From Candidatus Bathyarchaeia archaeon (lineage in GTDB: Archaea; Thermoproteota; Bathyarchaeia; 40CM-2-53-6), in contig JBEKVV010000005.1 of the NCBI GenBank assembly GCA_049513715.1, forward strand, positions 96,001 to 160,000: DNA of 64,000 bases, in the 5' to 3' direction. Of the stretch, positions 48,807-59,185 are shown in pieces (positions within the stretch are counted from its first letter, which is position 1; each line of letters opens with the position of its first letter). The notes beneath the pieces are model-generated. The model made no database searches, was not told the origin of the DNA, and worked only from the letters and a program-made list of their open reading frames with translations. The position numbers and the translations under genes are program-made.

Positions 48807-49874
48807 CTACCTGGCAATTTGTGAAACCTGATGCTTACTGATTTGTCTAGCGGCCTTCTCAGCTGCAGTCAAGGTGTATTCTATGTCTTCTCTCTCAATA
48901 CCTCTATGCGTAACCATCCTCACCCGCGCGCCCTCCACTGCTCCCGCCTTTACTCCGAACTCGTTCATCTTTGCAACCCACTCCTCCGCGTTTACTCCCA
49001 AACCTTTCACATCGTAGATGACGATGTTCGTTTGAACACGTGATGGATCTATGGAGATTCCGTTGATCTTCGCAAGCCCTTGCGCTAGCATTTTGGCGTT
49101 TGCGTGGTCATCTTTGAGGCGGTCGATCATTTTTTCGATCGCAACTATCCCTGCGGCCGCGATTACTCCTGCCTGTCGCATACCTCCTCCAAGCATCTTT
49201 CTATAGCGCCTAGCACGACCGACAAACTCGCTGTTGCCCACCACCAGAGACCCGATCGGTGCACTCAAACCTTTGGAAAGGCAGAACATCAAAGTGTCTA
49301 CGCTACGCGTGAACTCACGCACGTCTACATCCTGCGCCACGGCAGCATTGAATATTCTAGCCCCATCCATGTGAACGCTCAAGTCGCGGCTCTTCGCGAA
49401 ATCAAATACGGCTTTTGTTTGGGACGGCGACCAAACTGTTCCACCGGCGCGGTTGTGGGTGTTTTCTAAACAAACCAGTGTAGTGGGAGGGAAGTGAATA
49501 TTGGGTGGCCTTAGTGCTGCATCGATCTCCTCCGGTGTCATGACTCCCGCTTGTCCTCTAACAAGCCGAGGAATGAGCCCACCCAACGCAGAGAACGCAC
49601 CGACTTCATAGTAGTACATGTGCGCATCAGTCTCCAAGATGACCTCATCACCTCGTTTGGTTTGACTCAAAACACTCACCAAGTTTGCTTGTGTTCCGCT
49701 GGTAGTGAGTAGTGCCGCTTCTTTGCCCATCTTCCTGGCGGCGAGCTCTTCAAGCCGGTTAACGGTCGGGTCCTCTCGATAGACATCGTCCCCTAACTTG
49801 GCCGTTCGAATCGCCTCAAGCATTTCCTCAGTTGGCAACGTGACAGTGTCGCTCCTCAGATCAACAATCCGCAA
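48807..49874 (-). CDS. ltaE: Low-specificity L-threonine aldolase
   Basis: DLRSDTVT, GDDVY.EDP, ENTHN, HMDGARIFNA, CLSKGL.APIGS. Confidence 0.95.
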   Translation of the reverse strand: MRIVDLRSDTVTLPTEEMLEAIRTAKLGDDVYREDPTVNRLEELAARKMGKEAALLTTSGTQANLVSVLSQTKRGDEVILETDAHMYYYEVGAFSALGGLIPRLVRGQAGVMTPEEIDAALRPPNIHFPPTTLVCLENTHNRAGGTVWSPSQTKAVFDFAKSRDLSVHMDGARIFNAAVAQDVDVREFTRSVDTLMFCLSKGLSAPIGSLVVGNSEFVGRARRYRKMLGGGMRQAGVIAAAGIVAIEKMIDRLKDDHANAKMLAQGLAKINGISIDPSRVQTNIVIYDVKGLGVNAEEWVAKMNEFGVKAGAVEGARVRMVTHRGIEREDIEYTLTAAEKAARQISKHQVSQIAR

Positions 49875-50037
49875 ACTAACCCGCCAAATCCACGTGCCAA
49901 CTAACAGCCAAATATACGTACTGGAAAGATTACAGATACCTCGTTTGCGCGCATCGTAGACGCAGGCCGCTCAAGCTATTGAGATTATGTATAGTATAGT
50001 GGGCAGTAGATATATCGGCCTCCAATATCAATAGACA

Positions 50038-51009
50038 ATGAGTGTCGCTTCAGTGTGCCCGCATTACACGGAGCTTGCGTTGCGCGATGGAGATTACGAT
50101 TCTTCAGATGCGGGATTGATTCTCAACATAGCAAGGTATTCCACTCACGATGGCCCAGGCATTCGCACCACCGTATTTTTCAAAGGATGCCCTCTTAATT
50201 GCTGGTGGTGCCACAATCCCGAAAGCCAATCCCCCGTGCCACAACTCATCTTCAGGGAAGACAGGTGTATCCATTGCTTTGCTTGTGTGAAAACCTGTCC
50301 GCATCAAGCGCTTGTGATAATCGATGACAGCCCGGCGGCGCTCGGTGATCTATGTGACCTCTCAGGCGAATGTGTTCGAGTATGCCATTCCGGGGCACGC
50401 GAAATCGTCGGTAAGAAGATGATTTCTGCCAACCTGATGAACGAGATAGAGAGGGACACCGTGTTCTATGATGAGTCTGGAGGAGGGGTCACATTTTCAG
50501 GGGGCGAACCGTTCATGCAACCTCGATTCCTCAAGAGCCTTCTCAGACTATGCAAAGAGAGAAGGATACATACCGCAGTAGAAACTTGCGGCTTCGTCAA
50601 TTCTGAAGTCCTTGCTAGCACCAGCGCATACGTCGATCAGTACCTTTACGATTTGAAAATCATACAGGATGAAAAACATAGAAAATTCACCCGCGTCTCA
50701 AACGCACTAATCCTGCAAAATCTTAGACAGCTCGCTCGTTCCCATGACCACGTCACGATTCGATTTCCAGTCATTCCAAGCGTGAATGATGATGAAGAGA
50801 ACGTGTCACAACTTGGCGAATTCGTGGCGTCTTTGAGGGGGATTGAAGAAGTTGATGTTCTTCCTTATCATGAACTCGGCATCGCGAAATACGGGAGGTT
50901 AGGAGTAAGCTACAGGATGTGCGAGATCAAGCCACCTTCAAGTGAAGAAGTAACGAACGTAGTGGAACGGCTCAGAGAGTACGGACTAAAAGTGAAAGTT
51001 GGAGGTTGA
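50038..51009 (+). CDS. Glycyl-radical enzyme activating protein (radical SAM with ferredoxin insert)
   Basis: HDGPGIRT, GCPLNCWWCHNPES, CIHCFACVKTC, GGVTFSGGEP. Confidence 0.95.
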   Translation: MSVASVCPHYTELALRDGDYDSSDAGLILNIARYSTHDGPGIRTTVFFKGCPLNCWWCHNPESQSPVPQLIFREDRCIHCFACVKTCPHQALVIIDDSPAALGDLCDLSGECVRVCHSGAREIVGKKMISANLMNEIERDTVFYDESGGGVTFSGGEPFMQPRFLKSLLRLCKERRIHTAVETCGFVNSEVLASTSAYVDQYLYDLKIIQDEKHRKFTRVSNALILQNLRQLARSHDHVTIRFPVIPSVNDDEENVSQLGEFVASLRGIEEVDVLPYHELGIAKYGRLGVSYRMCEIKPPSSEEVTNVVERLREYGLKVKVGG

Positions 51010-51013
51010 AGCC

Positions 51014-53371
51014 ATGAACGAGAGAGTTCGAAGACTGAGGCAAGTTAGTCTAGATACCAGGTCGCATATTTCCACGGAACGAGCTGAAATCATGACTGGA
51101 TTTTATCGAAGTTCTCTGGAGCCTTCAGCTCCTGTCCGCAGGGCCTTGGCATTCAAGCAGCTAATGGAGAGCAAAACAATCTGGATTGGTCAGGACGAAC
51201 TTATCGTCGGAGAAAGAGGCCCTGCTCCGAAGGCGACTTACACTTATCCTGAATTATGTTGCCATAGCCTTGAAGATCTCAGAATCCTCAACGACCGCAA
51301 GAAGATCTCCTTCGCAGTCAACGACGAAGCGCGCCGAACGTACGAGCAGAAGATTATCCCGTTCTGGCGCGGCCGAACGATGCGTGACATGATTTTCTCC
51401 GAGATGACGGAAGAATGGAAAGCAGCCTATAACGCAGGTGTTTACACCGAATTCATGGAGCAACGCGCTCCTGGCCACACAGTCTTAGATGATAAAATCT
51501 ATCGCAGAGGATTCCTCGACTTCAAGGCTGACATTGAAAAGAGCTTGCAAAACCTAGATTTTGATGATGATCCCGCGGCCTACCCCAAACAGAAGGAACT
51601 GGAGGCTATGTCAATTTGCTGCGACGTCATCGTACGATTCGCTGAACGACACGCTGAGAGAGCGCGAGGGATGACCAAGCACGAAACCGACCCTAACCGG
51701 AGGAAGGAATTAGAGAGAATAGCTGAAGTCTGCTCTCACGTCCCAGCGCACGCGCCTCGAGATTTCTGGGAAGCTTTGCAGGCCTATTGGTTTGTCCACT
51801 TAGGCGTTATTTCGGAGCTGAATACTTGGGATTCGTTTTGCCCAGGCCATTTGGACCAACACTTGTACCCATTCTACAAGAAGGAGCTGGAAGAAGGTAC
51901 CCTGACTCGCGAGCAGGCGAAAGAACTTCTAGGATGTTTCTGGGTGAAATTCAACAACCAGCCCGCCCCACCAAAGGTCGGAGTGACCGCAGAAGAAAGT
52001 GCAACCTACACTGATTTTGCTAACATAAACATAGGCGGCCTTAGGCCAGACGGCTCTGATGGAGTCAACGATGTTAGTTACCTGATCCTAGAAGTTATTG
52101 ACGACATGCGGCTGACACAACCATCCTCCAACATCCAACTAAGCAAGAAGAACCCTGACCGTTTCTTAGCGAGGGCATGTGAAATCATTCGAGAAGGATG
52201 GGGACAACCCTCTCTCTTCAACGCTGACTTGGTCGTGGAGGAACTCGTTCGCCAAGGCAAATCGATTGCCGACGCGCGATCTGGCGGGACGAGCGGTTGC
52301 GTGGAAACAGGTTGCTTTGGGAAGGAAGCCTACATACTCACTGGATATCTCAACCTGCCAAAAATACTGGAAATCACCCTCAACAATGGAACCGACCCAA
52401 GAACGGGCAAGAAGATTGGCTTGGAGACAGGTGACCCTACAGCATTCAAATCATTTTACGATGTCTTTGATGCCTTCGCTAAACAACTCAAGTACTTTGT
52501 TGACACTAAGGTCAAAGGGAATAACATTATTGAGAGGCTATTCGCCGCCAATATGCCAGCCCCGTTTCTTTCCACACTAATTGATGATTGCATAAGATCT
52601 GGCAAGGACTACAACGACGGTGGGCCTAGGTACAACACCACTTACATCATGGGCGTGGGCATCGGTACATTGACCGACAGCCTATCAGCGATCAAATACC
52701 ACGTCTTCGACGAGAAGGCTCTTACTATGGATCAGTTGCTGAAATTACTGGCGGACAATTTCGAGAGACAAGAGAGAACACGCCTGATGCTGTGGAACAA
52801 GACGCCGAAGTATGGAAATGACGATGATTACGCCGACACGATACTGAGGGCATCATTCAACGCTTTTCATGACACGGTAAGCGGCCGGAAGAATACGAAG
52901 GGCGGATTCTATGCGGTCAATTATCTTTCCACTACTTGCCACATCTATTTTGGGTCAAGGGTAGGCGCAACGCCGGACGGAAGAAAAGCTTGGGAGCCTG
53001 TTTCTGAAGGCATCTCGCCAGTGCAAGGTGCAGATATGCACGGCCCTACTGCTGTGATAAAGTCCGCCGCCAAAATGGATCAAGTTCGCACCAGCGGAAC
53101 ACTGCTTAATCAAAAATTCTCTCCATCACTCCTTCAAGGCGAAGAAGGCATCAACAACCTAGCACATTTGGTGCGATCCTACTTCAAGTTGGACGGCCAT
53201 CACATTCAGTTGAATGTCATAACAGGAGAGACCCTTCGAGCAGCCCAAGCCAACCCGGAAAAGTATAGAGACTTGATTGTCCGCGTGGCAGGGTACAGCG
53301 ATTACTTCTGCGACCTCAACAAGGCCTTACAGGACGAAATCATCGCCCGAACGGAACACAAATCCTACTGA
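51014..53371 (+). CDS. hypD: trans-4-hydroxy-L-proline dehydratase (glycyl radical enzyme)
   Basis: EFMEQRAPGH, ELNTWDSF, NNQPAPPKVG..EES.TYTDF, SGCVE, LTGY, TTCHIYFG, VRVAGY; GGAGGT RBS. Confidence 0.9.
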   Translation: MNERVRRLRQVSLDTRSHISTERAEIMTGFYRSSLEPSAPVRRALAFKQLMESKTIWIGQDELIVGERGPAPKATYTYPELCCHSLEDLRILNDRKKISFAVNDEARRTYEQKIIPFWRGRTMRDMIFSEMTEEWKAAYNAGVYTEFMEQRAPGHTVLDDKIYRRGFLDFKADIEKSLQNLDFDDDPAAYPKQKELEAMSICCDVIVRFAERHAERARGMTKHETDPNRRKELERIAEVCSHVPAHAPRDFWEALQAYWFVHLGVISELNTWDSFCPGHLDQHLYPFYKKELEEGTLTREQAKELLGCFWVKFNNQPAPPKVGVTAEESATYTDFANINIGGLRPDGSDGVNDVSYLILEVIDDMRLTQPSSNIQLSKKNPDRFLARACEIIREGWGQPSLFNADLVVEELVRQGKSIADARSGGTSGCVETGCFGKEAYILTGYLNLPKILEITLNNGTDPRTGKKIGLETGDPTAFKSFYDVFDAFAKQLKYFVDTKVKGNNIIERLFAANMPAPFLSTLIDDCIRSGKDYNDGGPRYNTTYIMGVGIGTLTDSLSAIKYHVFDEKALTMDQLLKLLADNFERQERTRLMLWNKTPKYGNDDDYADTILRASFNAFHDTVSGRKNTKGGFYAVNYLSTTCHIYFGSRVGATPDGRKAWEPVSEGISPVQGADMHGPTAVIKSAAKMDQVRTSGTLLNQKFSPSLLQGEEGINNLAHLVRSYFKLDGHHIQLNVITGETLRAAQANPEKYRDLIVRVAGYSDYFCDLNKALQDEIIARTEHKSY

Positions 53372-53420
53372 GGCATAGACGCCCCGATTTCAGCACGTCA
53401 AGAGATGTTGAAGCAGATTT

Positions 53421-53807
53421 CTAACGCCAGTGCGGGTAGGTCACGTAGAAGCCGCGGCCTCTGGTCGGGGAAGACCATTCAACCTTCAGGCCTTTCCTCT
53501 TTGGTATGTACACGACATCTCCAGCTTGAACCTCGGTTCTGGTCTCGCCCTCTTTCAACAGGAACGAGCCGTCAGTACAATAGATCACCGCGCAGTCGTT
53601 GTCATAGTCGAACTCGCACGGTTCGGATTTCACGACTTCTATTATACCCGCAGTTACTGGTGCATCTTGTTTCCTGTCGATCACATCGACGAGTTTCAAA
53701 TCGGCTTTTCCAGCTTCAAACCTCTCGGGAACAATACCCGACTTCTTAACTAGAACAACAGACAACGAATTCACCACAACAAGCATCTGTGTGGATGTAT
53801 TTAGCAT
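53421..53807 (-). CDS. EutQ-like cupin; start uncertain
   Basis: TAG...FDYDND...DG...AGDVVYIPK...FYVTYP.W. Confidence 0.75.
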   Translation of the reverse strand: MLNTSTQMLVVVNSLSVVLVKKSGIVPERFEAGKADLKLVDVIDRKQDAPVTAGIIEVVKSEPCEFDYDNDCAVIYCTDGSFLLKEGETRTEVQAGDVVYIPKRKGLKVEWSSPTRGRGFYVTYPHWR

Positions 53808-54088
53808 TTGACTAGTCTGGTCACGCGTTGAGCTAATCCAAAAGAAAACTTCGCACTCTCAAAATTGCAATTTCACAACACACGAAACGATCGAAAAACC
53901 TTCGTCAATCACACTCATCGTCATCAGCACGTGTCGATTGACCGGAATCAACAAAATTCATGAGAACGCACTAGAAGTGCCACTATGCGTGTTTTGCGCC
54001 AAGAAGCTATGCGTTATGGTCTTACAACCTACGCGGCAAAGTGTATGTATGACTAAAGCGCTACAATCTGTATTGTGGAGTGATTTGA

Positions 54089-54493
54089 ATGGCACAAGCT
54101 AAGCGGCTTACCGCTGCTGACATCATGACCCAACCCGTCGTGACCGGTGGGCCGTACGATGCTCTCACAAGAATCGCCGCTCAGATGCAACGGCACACAA
54201 TCGGATCGATCGTAATTGTGGAGAATCGAAAGATAGCTGGAATATTGACGGAAAGGGATTGTGTTCGGATAGTCGAGCAAGTGGGAGGGTTGCTTAGCAA
54301 GAATCAGGCCAAAGATCACATGACCAAACCGGTACTTACCGTGCAATCAGACACATCGGTGTCCGACGTCATCAAGCTCATGAGTGAAAAACACATTAGG
54401 CATCTCGTTGTGTTGGACAAGAAAGGCGACGTGGCGGGCATAATCAGTTCCCGAGATTTGATGAAGATCACAAAAGACGTTATGGCGATTTAG
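54089..54493 (+). CDS. CBS-domain pair protein
   Basis: DIMT.PV, GILTERD, IRHLVV, GIISSRD. Confidence 0.92.
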   Translation: MAQAKRLTAADIMTQPVVTGGPYDALTRIAAQMQRHTIGSIVIVENRKIAGILTERDCVRIVEQVGGLLSKNQAKDHMTKPVLTVQSDTSVSDVIKLMSEKHIRHLVVLDKKGDVAGIISSRDLMKITKDVMAI

Positions 54494-54623
54494 CAAAATC
54501 CGATCTAGAATCATTTAACGAGAGAAGCGAAAGGAACTGCGTTCCAACACCCTCTCATTTCGTTACGGCCCAACGCGTTTAGCGACTGCCTGGAATGCGC
54601 CTGCGTCGGCAGTGTTTACTGTG

Positions 54624-55253
54624 TCACCGCGATTTGCCCGGTGACATTTTCGGGAGGAAGCGTCCGACATTTTTCTTGTACTCAACGTACCCATCTCCGA
54701 ATCTCGTCTCCAGCATCTTTTCTTCGCTATGCGTTATCAGCACGTAGCCTGGAATAGCGATTAAGGGGATTAGAGCGAAGGCATTATGCCACATTAGCAG
54801 GAACCCGATGAACATTAAGAAATACGCCAGGTATGAAGGATGTCTAACGTAGCGGTAGGGGCCCCAATCCACAAGCTTATGACCCACTGGCATCTGCCAC
54901 GACGTAGCATACCGCCCTCTAGCCACAACGCTCCAGATGAAAATCAAATACCCAAGAACCATGACGAACGATCCGAAAGGCTCCAACAGACCCATTCCGA
55001 ATGTGCCGAAATCAAGGAAACTGAAAAGCGAGTTTCTAGAGTAACCCAAGAACACATAGAGAAAGGACTCGAAGAAGAACGCAACTGTTCCTGCTCCAGC
55101 CAGCACCAAGGAACCCGCGATTTGCCTCTCGATCTCAGGTTTTGCGGATCTACCCGAACGGCTCCTGTGATAACGCAAGAGATTGTCCAGATTGATGGCT
55201 GTGAAAAGCACCAGACATCCCGCTACGATAATGACGTTAAGTAGAGGAATCAT
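54624..55253 (-). CDS. Isoprenylcysteine carboxyl methyltransferase-family membrane protein
   Basis: LV..GPYRYVRHPSY, EE..L...FG..Y..Y...V.RF.P. Confidence 0.9.
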   Translation of the reverse strand: MIPLLNVIIVAGCLVLFTAINLDNLLRYHRSRSGRSAKPEIERQIAGSLVLAGAGTVAFFFESFLYVFLGYSRNSLFSFLDFGTFGMGLLEPFGSFVMVLGYLIFIWSVVARGRYATSWQMPVGHKLVDWGPYRYVRHPSYLAYFLMFIGFLLMWHNAFALIPLIAIPGYVLITHSEEKMLETRFGDGYVEYKKNVGRFLPKMSPGKSR

Positions 55254-55818
55254 TGTACGACACTTTTTGCAGGACCGTTTCAGAGGACAGTTCGATTATC
55301 TGACGAGCCTATACATTAAAGGAGCTCTGATGCGAGAGGCTGTTCAGCGGATAGCCCCCGCAGGAACACCTATCTTCAAGAGCTTTGAACGCAGCTTGAC
55401 AAAATTGTCGTTCGAACTTCGCACGGTCTATTACATAACGAAAGGGCTAGTCTGGGGAATCGTTGCTATTCTTGTTGCAGTCCTCGCGTTGCTTGTCTTC
55501 ACAATTGTGGTGCCTGTCTGGCTGCGAAGCCTTCTTGCGGCAAGTTCCTCCCAAAATGAAACGGTAATGGTACTTGTTGCGTTGAGTCAAGAGCGTGGTC
55601 TTGTAGGTCTCGCGTCATTGATGTTCGTTTTGGTGATTGTCGTGATTTTCATCGGAATAATCGCCTCAATTGTCATCGGAGTTTTCGGGACAAAGCCGCT
55701 GAGTCAAGTGAAGGGGGCGGATGAAGCGTCCGAGACCCTGAAACTACGTTACGCGAAAGGAGAAATCACAAAAGCGCAGTTCCTCGAAATGAAGAAAACT
55801 CTAGAAAAGGGCGAATGA
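55183..55818 (+). CDS. SHOCT-domain membrane protein (true start probably downstream)
   Basis: Two TM helices and LKLRYAKGEITKAQF. Confidence 0.75.
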   Translation: MSRLMAVKSTRHPATIMTLSRGIIVRHFLQDRFRGQFDYLTSLYIKGALMREAVQRIAPAGTPIFKSFERSLTKLSFELRTVYYITKGLVWGIVAILVAVLALLVFTIVVPVWLRSLLAASSSQNETVMVLVALSQERGLVGLASLMFVLVIVVIFIGIIASIVIGVFGTKPLSQVKGADEASETLKLRYAKGEITKAQFLEMKKTLEKGE

Positions 55819-55838
55819 CAACCCCGAGCCTTAGCTAC

Positions 55839-56651
55839 CTAGACTTCTCTCCATCTCGCCTTGCTTCTCGCAACTAGGAACAGTGCTACAGTTACAGCGA
55901 TCAGAATCATCCAGTCAAGAGCAGTCGCGGTGGATGACACAGCCAGATATCCGGCAGCACCCTGAGCGAGTTCTGCAGCGTACGTGGTCGGAGACAAGTA
56001 AGCGAAGTACCTGTACGGAAGCGGAATGTAAGTGATCGGATAATAGACAGGCGGTATCGTCGAGAAAAGAGTTGAAACAAGTCTCGAAAAGGCAAAGCTC
56101 TGAACAATGTCGGTCGAGAATGTTGAAAGAGTGAAACCGATTGCGACTGAAGTTAGGAACATCAAAAGAAGCACTCCCGCAAAGGCCATTGCCCCAATCG
56201 CGCTCAAATCCATGAAGTAATGCGCAAGAACCCCGAGCACGATGAGTGCAGGGAAAGAATAGACAATCTCCGAAATCGCCATACCAAACATGTAAGTCTG
56301 CCAGGCAGTTGGGGAACTAACCACCATGTCTTGGAGCTTGAAATCGTTCTTCAAATGCGAAAGATCTCCCTGAAGTCCCACACCGGCCGAGAACATGGTC
56401 ATAATGAACCCGCCCTCTATGGCCTCTCCAATTAGGGCTCCATGACTCACGAACACAATCACAAGCAGAAACGAGAGGGGAGAGAGAACTGTGTTGATTA
56501 GAACAATAGGATAATTCCTCATTTCAAAAATTGAATTGACGAGTATGGCAGCCAAGATTTGGCTGAACCTGTTCCTCTTCTGCACAGAACTCTTTTCGTC
56601 AGACAATTCAACTGCCTCCTTTTCGACTCGCAAGGTAGAAGAATATGTCAT
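55839..56651 (-). CDS. ABC-2 permease
   Basis: Six TM helices, PPVYYP, SPTTYA; downstream of an ATPase. Confidence 0.88.
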   Translation of the reverse strand: MTYSSTLRVEKEAVELSDEKSSVQKRNRFSQILAAILVNSIFEMRNYPIVLINTVLSPLSFLLVIVFVSHGALIGEAIEGGFIMTMFSAGVGLQGDLSHLKNDFKLQDMVVSSPTAWQTYMFGMAISEIVYSFPALIVLGVLAHYFMDLSAIGAMAFAGVLLLMFLTSVAIGFTLSTFSTDIVQSFAFSRLVSTLFSTIPPVYYPITYIPLPYRYFAYLSPTTYAAELAQGAAGYLAVSSTATALDWMILIAVTVALFLVARSKARWREV

Positions 56652-57522
56652 CGAGTGAGACAGGATTAATTGTGAATTTGACCCCGCTCTTTGCGAGCTC
56701 CCTGGAGATCCTGAAAGCCTCTTCTTCGACTGTAAGGATCCTTACATTGCCATCCATTCCGGTAATCACCTCGCCTTTCTCCAGAGCCGGAATACTGGGC
56801 GCGGGCCTTGAGAGAAGCCTCATACTGTAGTTGTAGTTCACACTCTTCCGCAATTCTTCTAACGTTCCAATCCGGATGAGCTTACCACGGTCCAGTATGC
56901 CAATATGATCGGCCAGCCGCTCTGCCTCTTCCAAGTAGTGCGTCGTAAGGAACGTAAAGCGCTCCTTTCCGATCTCTCTGAGAGTCTCCCAGAACTCTCT
57001 TCTCGAAATCGGGTCGAGCCCTGTGGTCGGCTCGTCTAAGAAAATCACTTCAGCTTCTGAGGCTAGAACTGTAGCAACCATGACTTTTCTTCTCATTCCA
57101 CCGGAGAGTTTGCGGTTGAGTTGGTCGGATGAGCCACCGAGATCTAACCTTTCAAGTGCTCGCCTCGCCCTGCGCTTTGCTTCACCGTAGCCGAACCCTC
57201 TCCAAAGAAGATATGAGAAGACTGTCTGCATCGGGGTCATCCAAGGTATCGGCCTGGCTTCCTGGGGCACAATGGCAATTCTCTCTCTGACCCTGCGTGC
57301 CTCCTTCACAACATCCATCCCGTTTATTGTAGCAGATCCGGATGTTGGCTCAAGCTCCGTTGCCAAAATTCGCACAAGCGTGGTCTTCCCCGAACCATTC
57401 CTGCCTATCAGCACGAATATGCCACGGGAAGCCAAAGAGAAGCTCGCAGAATCGAGCGCCTTGGTTTTGCTATTCCCGTAGACTTTGGTCAGGTGATCAC
57501 ATACAACCTGCCCACTGCTCAT
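56608..57522 (-). CDS. ABC ATP-binding protein
   Basis: GRNGSGKTT, LSGGM, IFLDEPT. Confidence 0.93.
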   Translation of the reverse strand: MSSGQVVCDHLTKVYGNSKTKALDSASFSLASRGIFVLIGRNGSGKTTLVRILATELEPTSGSATINGMDVVKEARRVRERIAIVPQEARPIPWMTPMQTVFSYLLWRGFGYGEAKRRARRALERLDLGGSSDQLNRKLSGGMRRKVMVATVLASEAEVIFLDEPTTGLDPISRREFWETLREIGKERFTFLTTHYLEEAERLADHIGILDRGKLIRIGTLEELRKSVNYNYSMRLLSRPAPSIPALEKGEVITGMDGNVRILTVEEEAFRISRELAKSGVKFTINPVSLDDIFFYLASRKGGS

Positions 57523-57639
57523 TTCCTTCTCCCCCTTGAAGCAACCGTTGGATTGGTGCGTCATAGGATTTGCTGAAACGGAAAGAGACATTCGAAGGGC
57601 TTAACCATGCCAACTGCGCACGATAAATAGGGGGTCCAT

Positions 57640-58650
57640 TTGCCGTACTTCAATTCAGTTGGTGTCGGGTTCGAGGAATACGAGGACTCACATGAATTTC
57701 TGAATCTGGTCAGGCTCACAGACAAAGCGAACTTTTCAAGCCTATGGATTCAGGAAGGAAGCCAAAGAAGCTCACTGTCGTTGGCGGCGCTTGCCCTTAA
57801 CTCAACTGTTCGGATCAAAGTGGGCGTCGGCGTAACCAGCCCCCTTAGAAGACATCCGCAGATTCTCGCCATTGAAGCAGCAACACTCAATGAAATATCC
57901 GGTGGGCGGTTTATTCTGGGATTGGGAGTTGCGTCCTCTGCGATCACAAACTACGGGCTGGAAATAAGACCGATACCTGCCATGCGGGATACGTTCCGAA
58001 TTGTCAGAGGGCTCCTTTCAGATGAGCCATCGCAGTTTTCCTACAACGGTGAGGCATTCTCACTTAAGGCACCCCAAAAACGATTGATGATGCCTCGCGT
58101 TCCCATTTACTTTGGCGGGATTGGCCCACGAATGCTCGATCTTGCTGGGAAGGTAGCGGATGGACTAGTTTTGACGAGGAGAGGTTCATTTTCTGTTGAA
58201 TACGCAAAGTACGCGATTGAGCGAGTAGTCAAGAGCGCGAAGAGCCACAAACGAGACCCAAGCAAGATTGATTTTCTCGCATTCTTTGAGACTTGCATTT
58301 CAGAGAATGAGAACTCAGCCATACAATTTGCAAAGAGAATACTTGGAACCTATACAATTCCTCAGACTCCGAGCTTTGTTTCAAGCCTGGCCGGCATCCA
58401 AGATGGCGAAATCATGGCCGTGAAAGAAAGGTATCTGCATGGAGACTTTGCAGGTGCAATTGAGGCTGTTACGGATGAGATGGTCGCCAAGTTTGCTGTC
58501 GCTGGCACGCCATCCCAATGTTTGGAGAAGCTTGCGAAGTTCACCGAAACCGGCTTGAAGACGCCCATTCTGTACATCCATGGGCCAGACAAGAAGATAG
58601 CCGCGAAATTAGCGACCGAACAAATCGTTCCAAAACTCATACGCCAATAA
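57640..58650 (+). CDS. LLM-class flavin/F420-dependent oxidoreductase (Mer-like)
   Basis: GVTSPLRRHP, GGRFILGLG, GPRML.LAG..ADG, AGTP. Confidence 0.88.
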   Translation: MPYFNSVGVGFEEYEDSHEFLNLVRLTDKANFSSLWIQEGSQRSSLSLAALALNSTVRIKVGVGVTSPLRRHPQILAIEAATLNEISGGRFILGLGVASSAITNYGLEIRPIPAMRDTFRIVRGLLSDEPSQFSYNGEAFSLKAPQKRLMMPRVPIYFGGIGPRMLDLAGKVADGLVLTRRGSFSVEYAKYAIERVVKSAKSHKRDPSKIDFLAFFETCISENENSAIQFAKRILGTYTIPQTPSFVSSLAGIQDGEIMAVKERYLHGDFAGAIEAVTDEMVAKFAVAGTPSQCLEKLAKFTETGLKTPILYIHGPDKKIAAKLATEQIVPKLIRQ

Positions 58651-58720
58651 GCCAAATTCATTTAGACCTTGAGCGCAATTCAACATCACAAAAGAGCAGG
58701 CTAGGTGTGCGAAAAAGCGA

Positions 58721-59104
58721 GTGATGTTGACTGGCATGGATTTGCCATCATTGAAGTCATGGCTCGATTCCTATGGCCGTGCCTGGGAGACCAAAAATCC
58801 GGAAGCGGCGGGAGTGCAGTTCACTGAGGATACCTCTTATCAAGAGTCGCCATACGATGAACCAATGCGCGGCCGGTCAGCAATAGTTGAGTACTGGTCT
58901 CACGTACAACGCACACAAGAAGACATTCATTTCAACCACGAAATAATCGTTCTTACAAGCCATGTTGCAACCGTTCATTGGACGGCATCATTCACACGTA
59001 CTCCATCAAAAGCCAAAGTGAAACTTGACGGGATTTTTCTACTGAATTTCGAAGGGAATCATTGCAGGAGCCTCCGGGAATGGTGGGTTAGGCGCGAGAT
59101 GTAG
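58721..59104 (+). CDS. SnoaL/NTF2-like protein
   Basis: Y..AWE...FTED..Y...P...GR.AI..YW...REWW. Confidence 0.88.
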   Translation: MMLTGMDLPSLKSWLDSYGRAWETKNPEAAGVQFTEDTSYQESPYDEPMRGRSAIVEYWSHVQRTQEDIHFNHEIIVLTSHVATVHWTASFTRTPSKAKVKLDGIFLLNFEGNHCRSLREWWVRREM

Positions 59105-59185
59105 GCTACGCACACAGCCACGGTGTTCTATGCGATGACCGCGCACACTACATGATCCTGCGGGGACGATTAGATCAGTTTCGCC

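Noticed and set aside
50999..53371. Pyruvate formate-lyase or choline TMA-lyase
   Set aside because: Single active-site Cys in SGCVE (no adjacent CC) and HypD-type motifs throughout.
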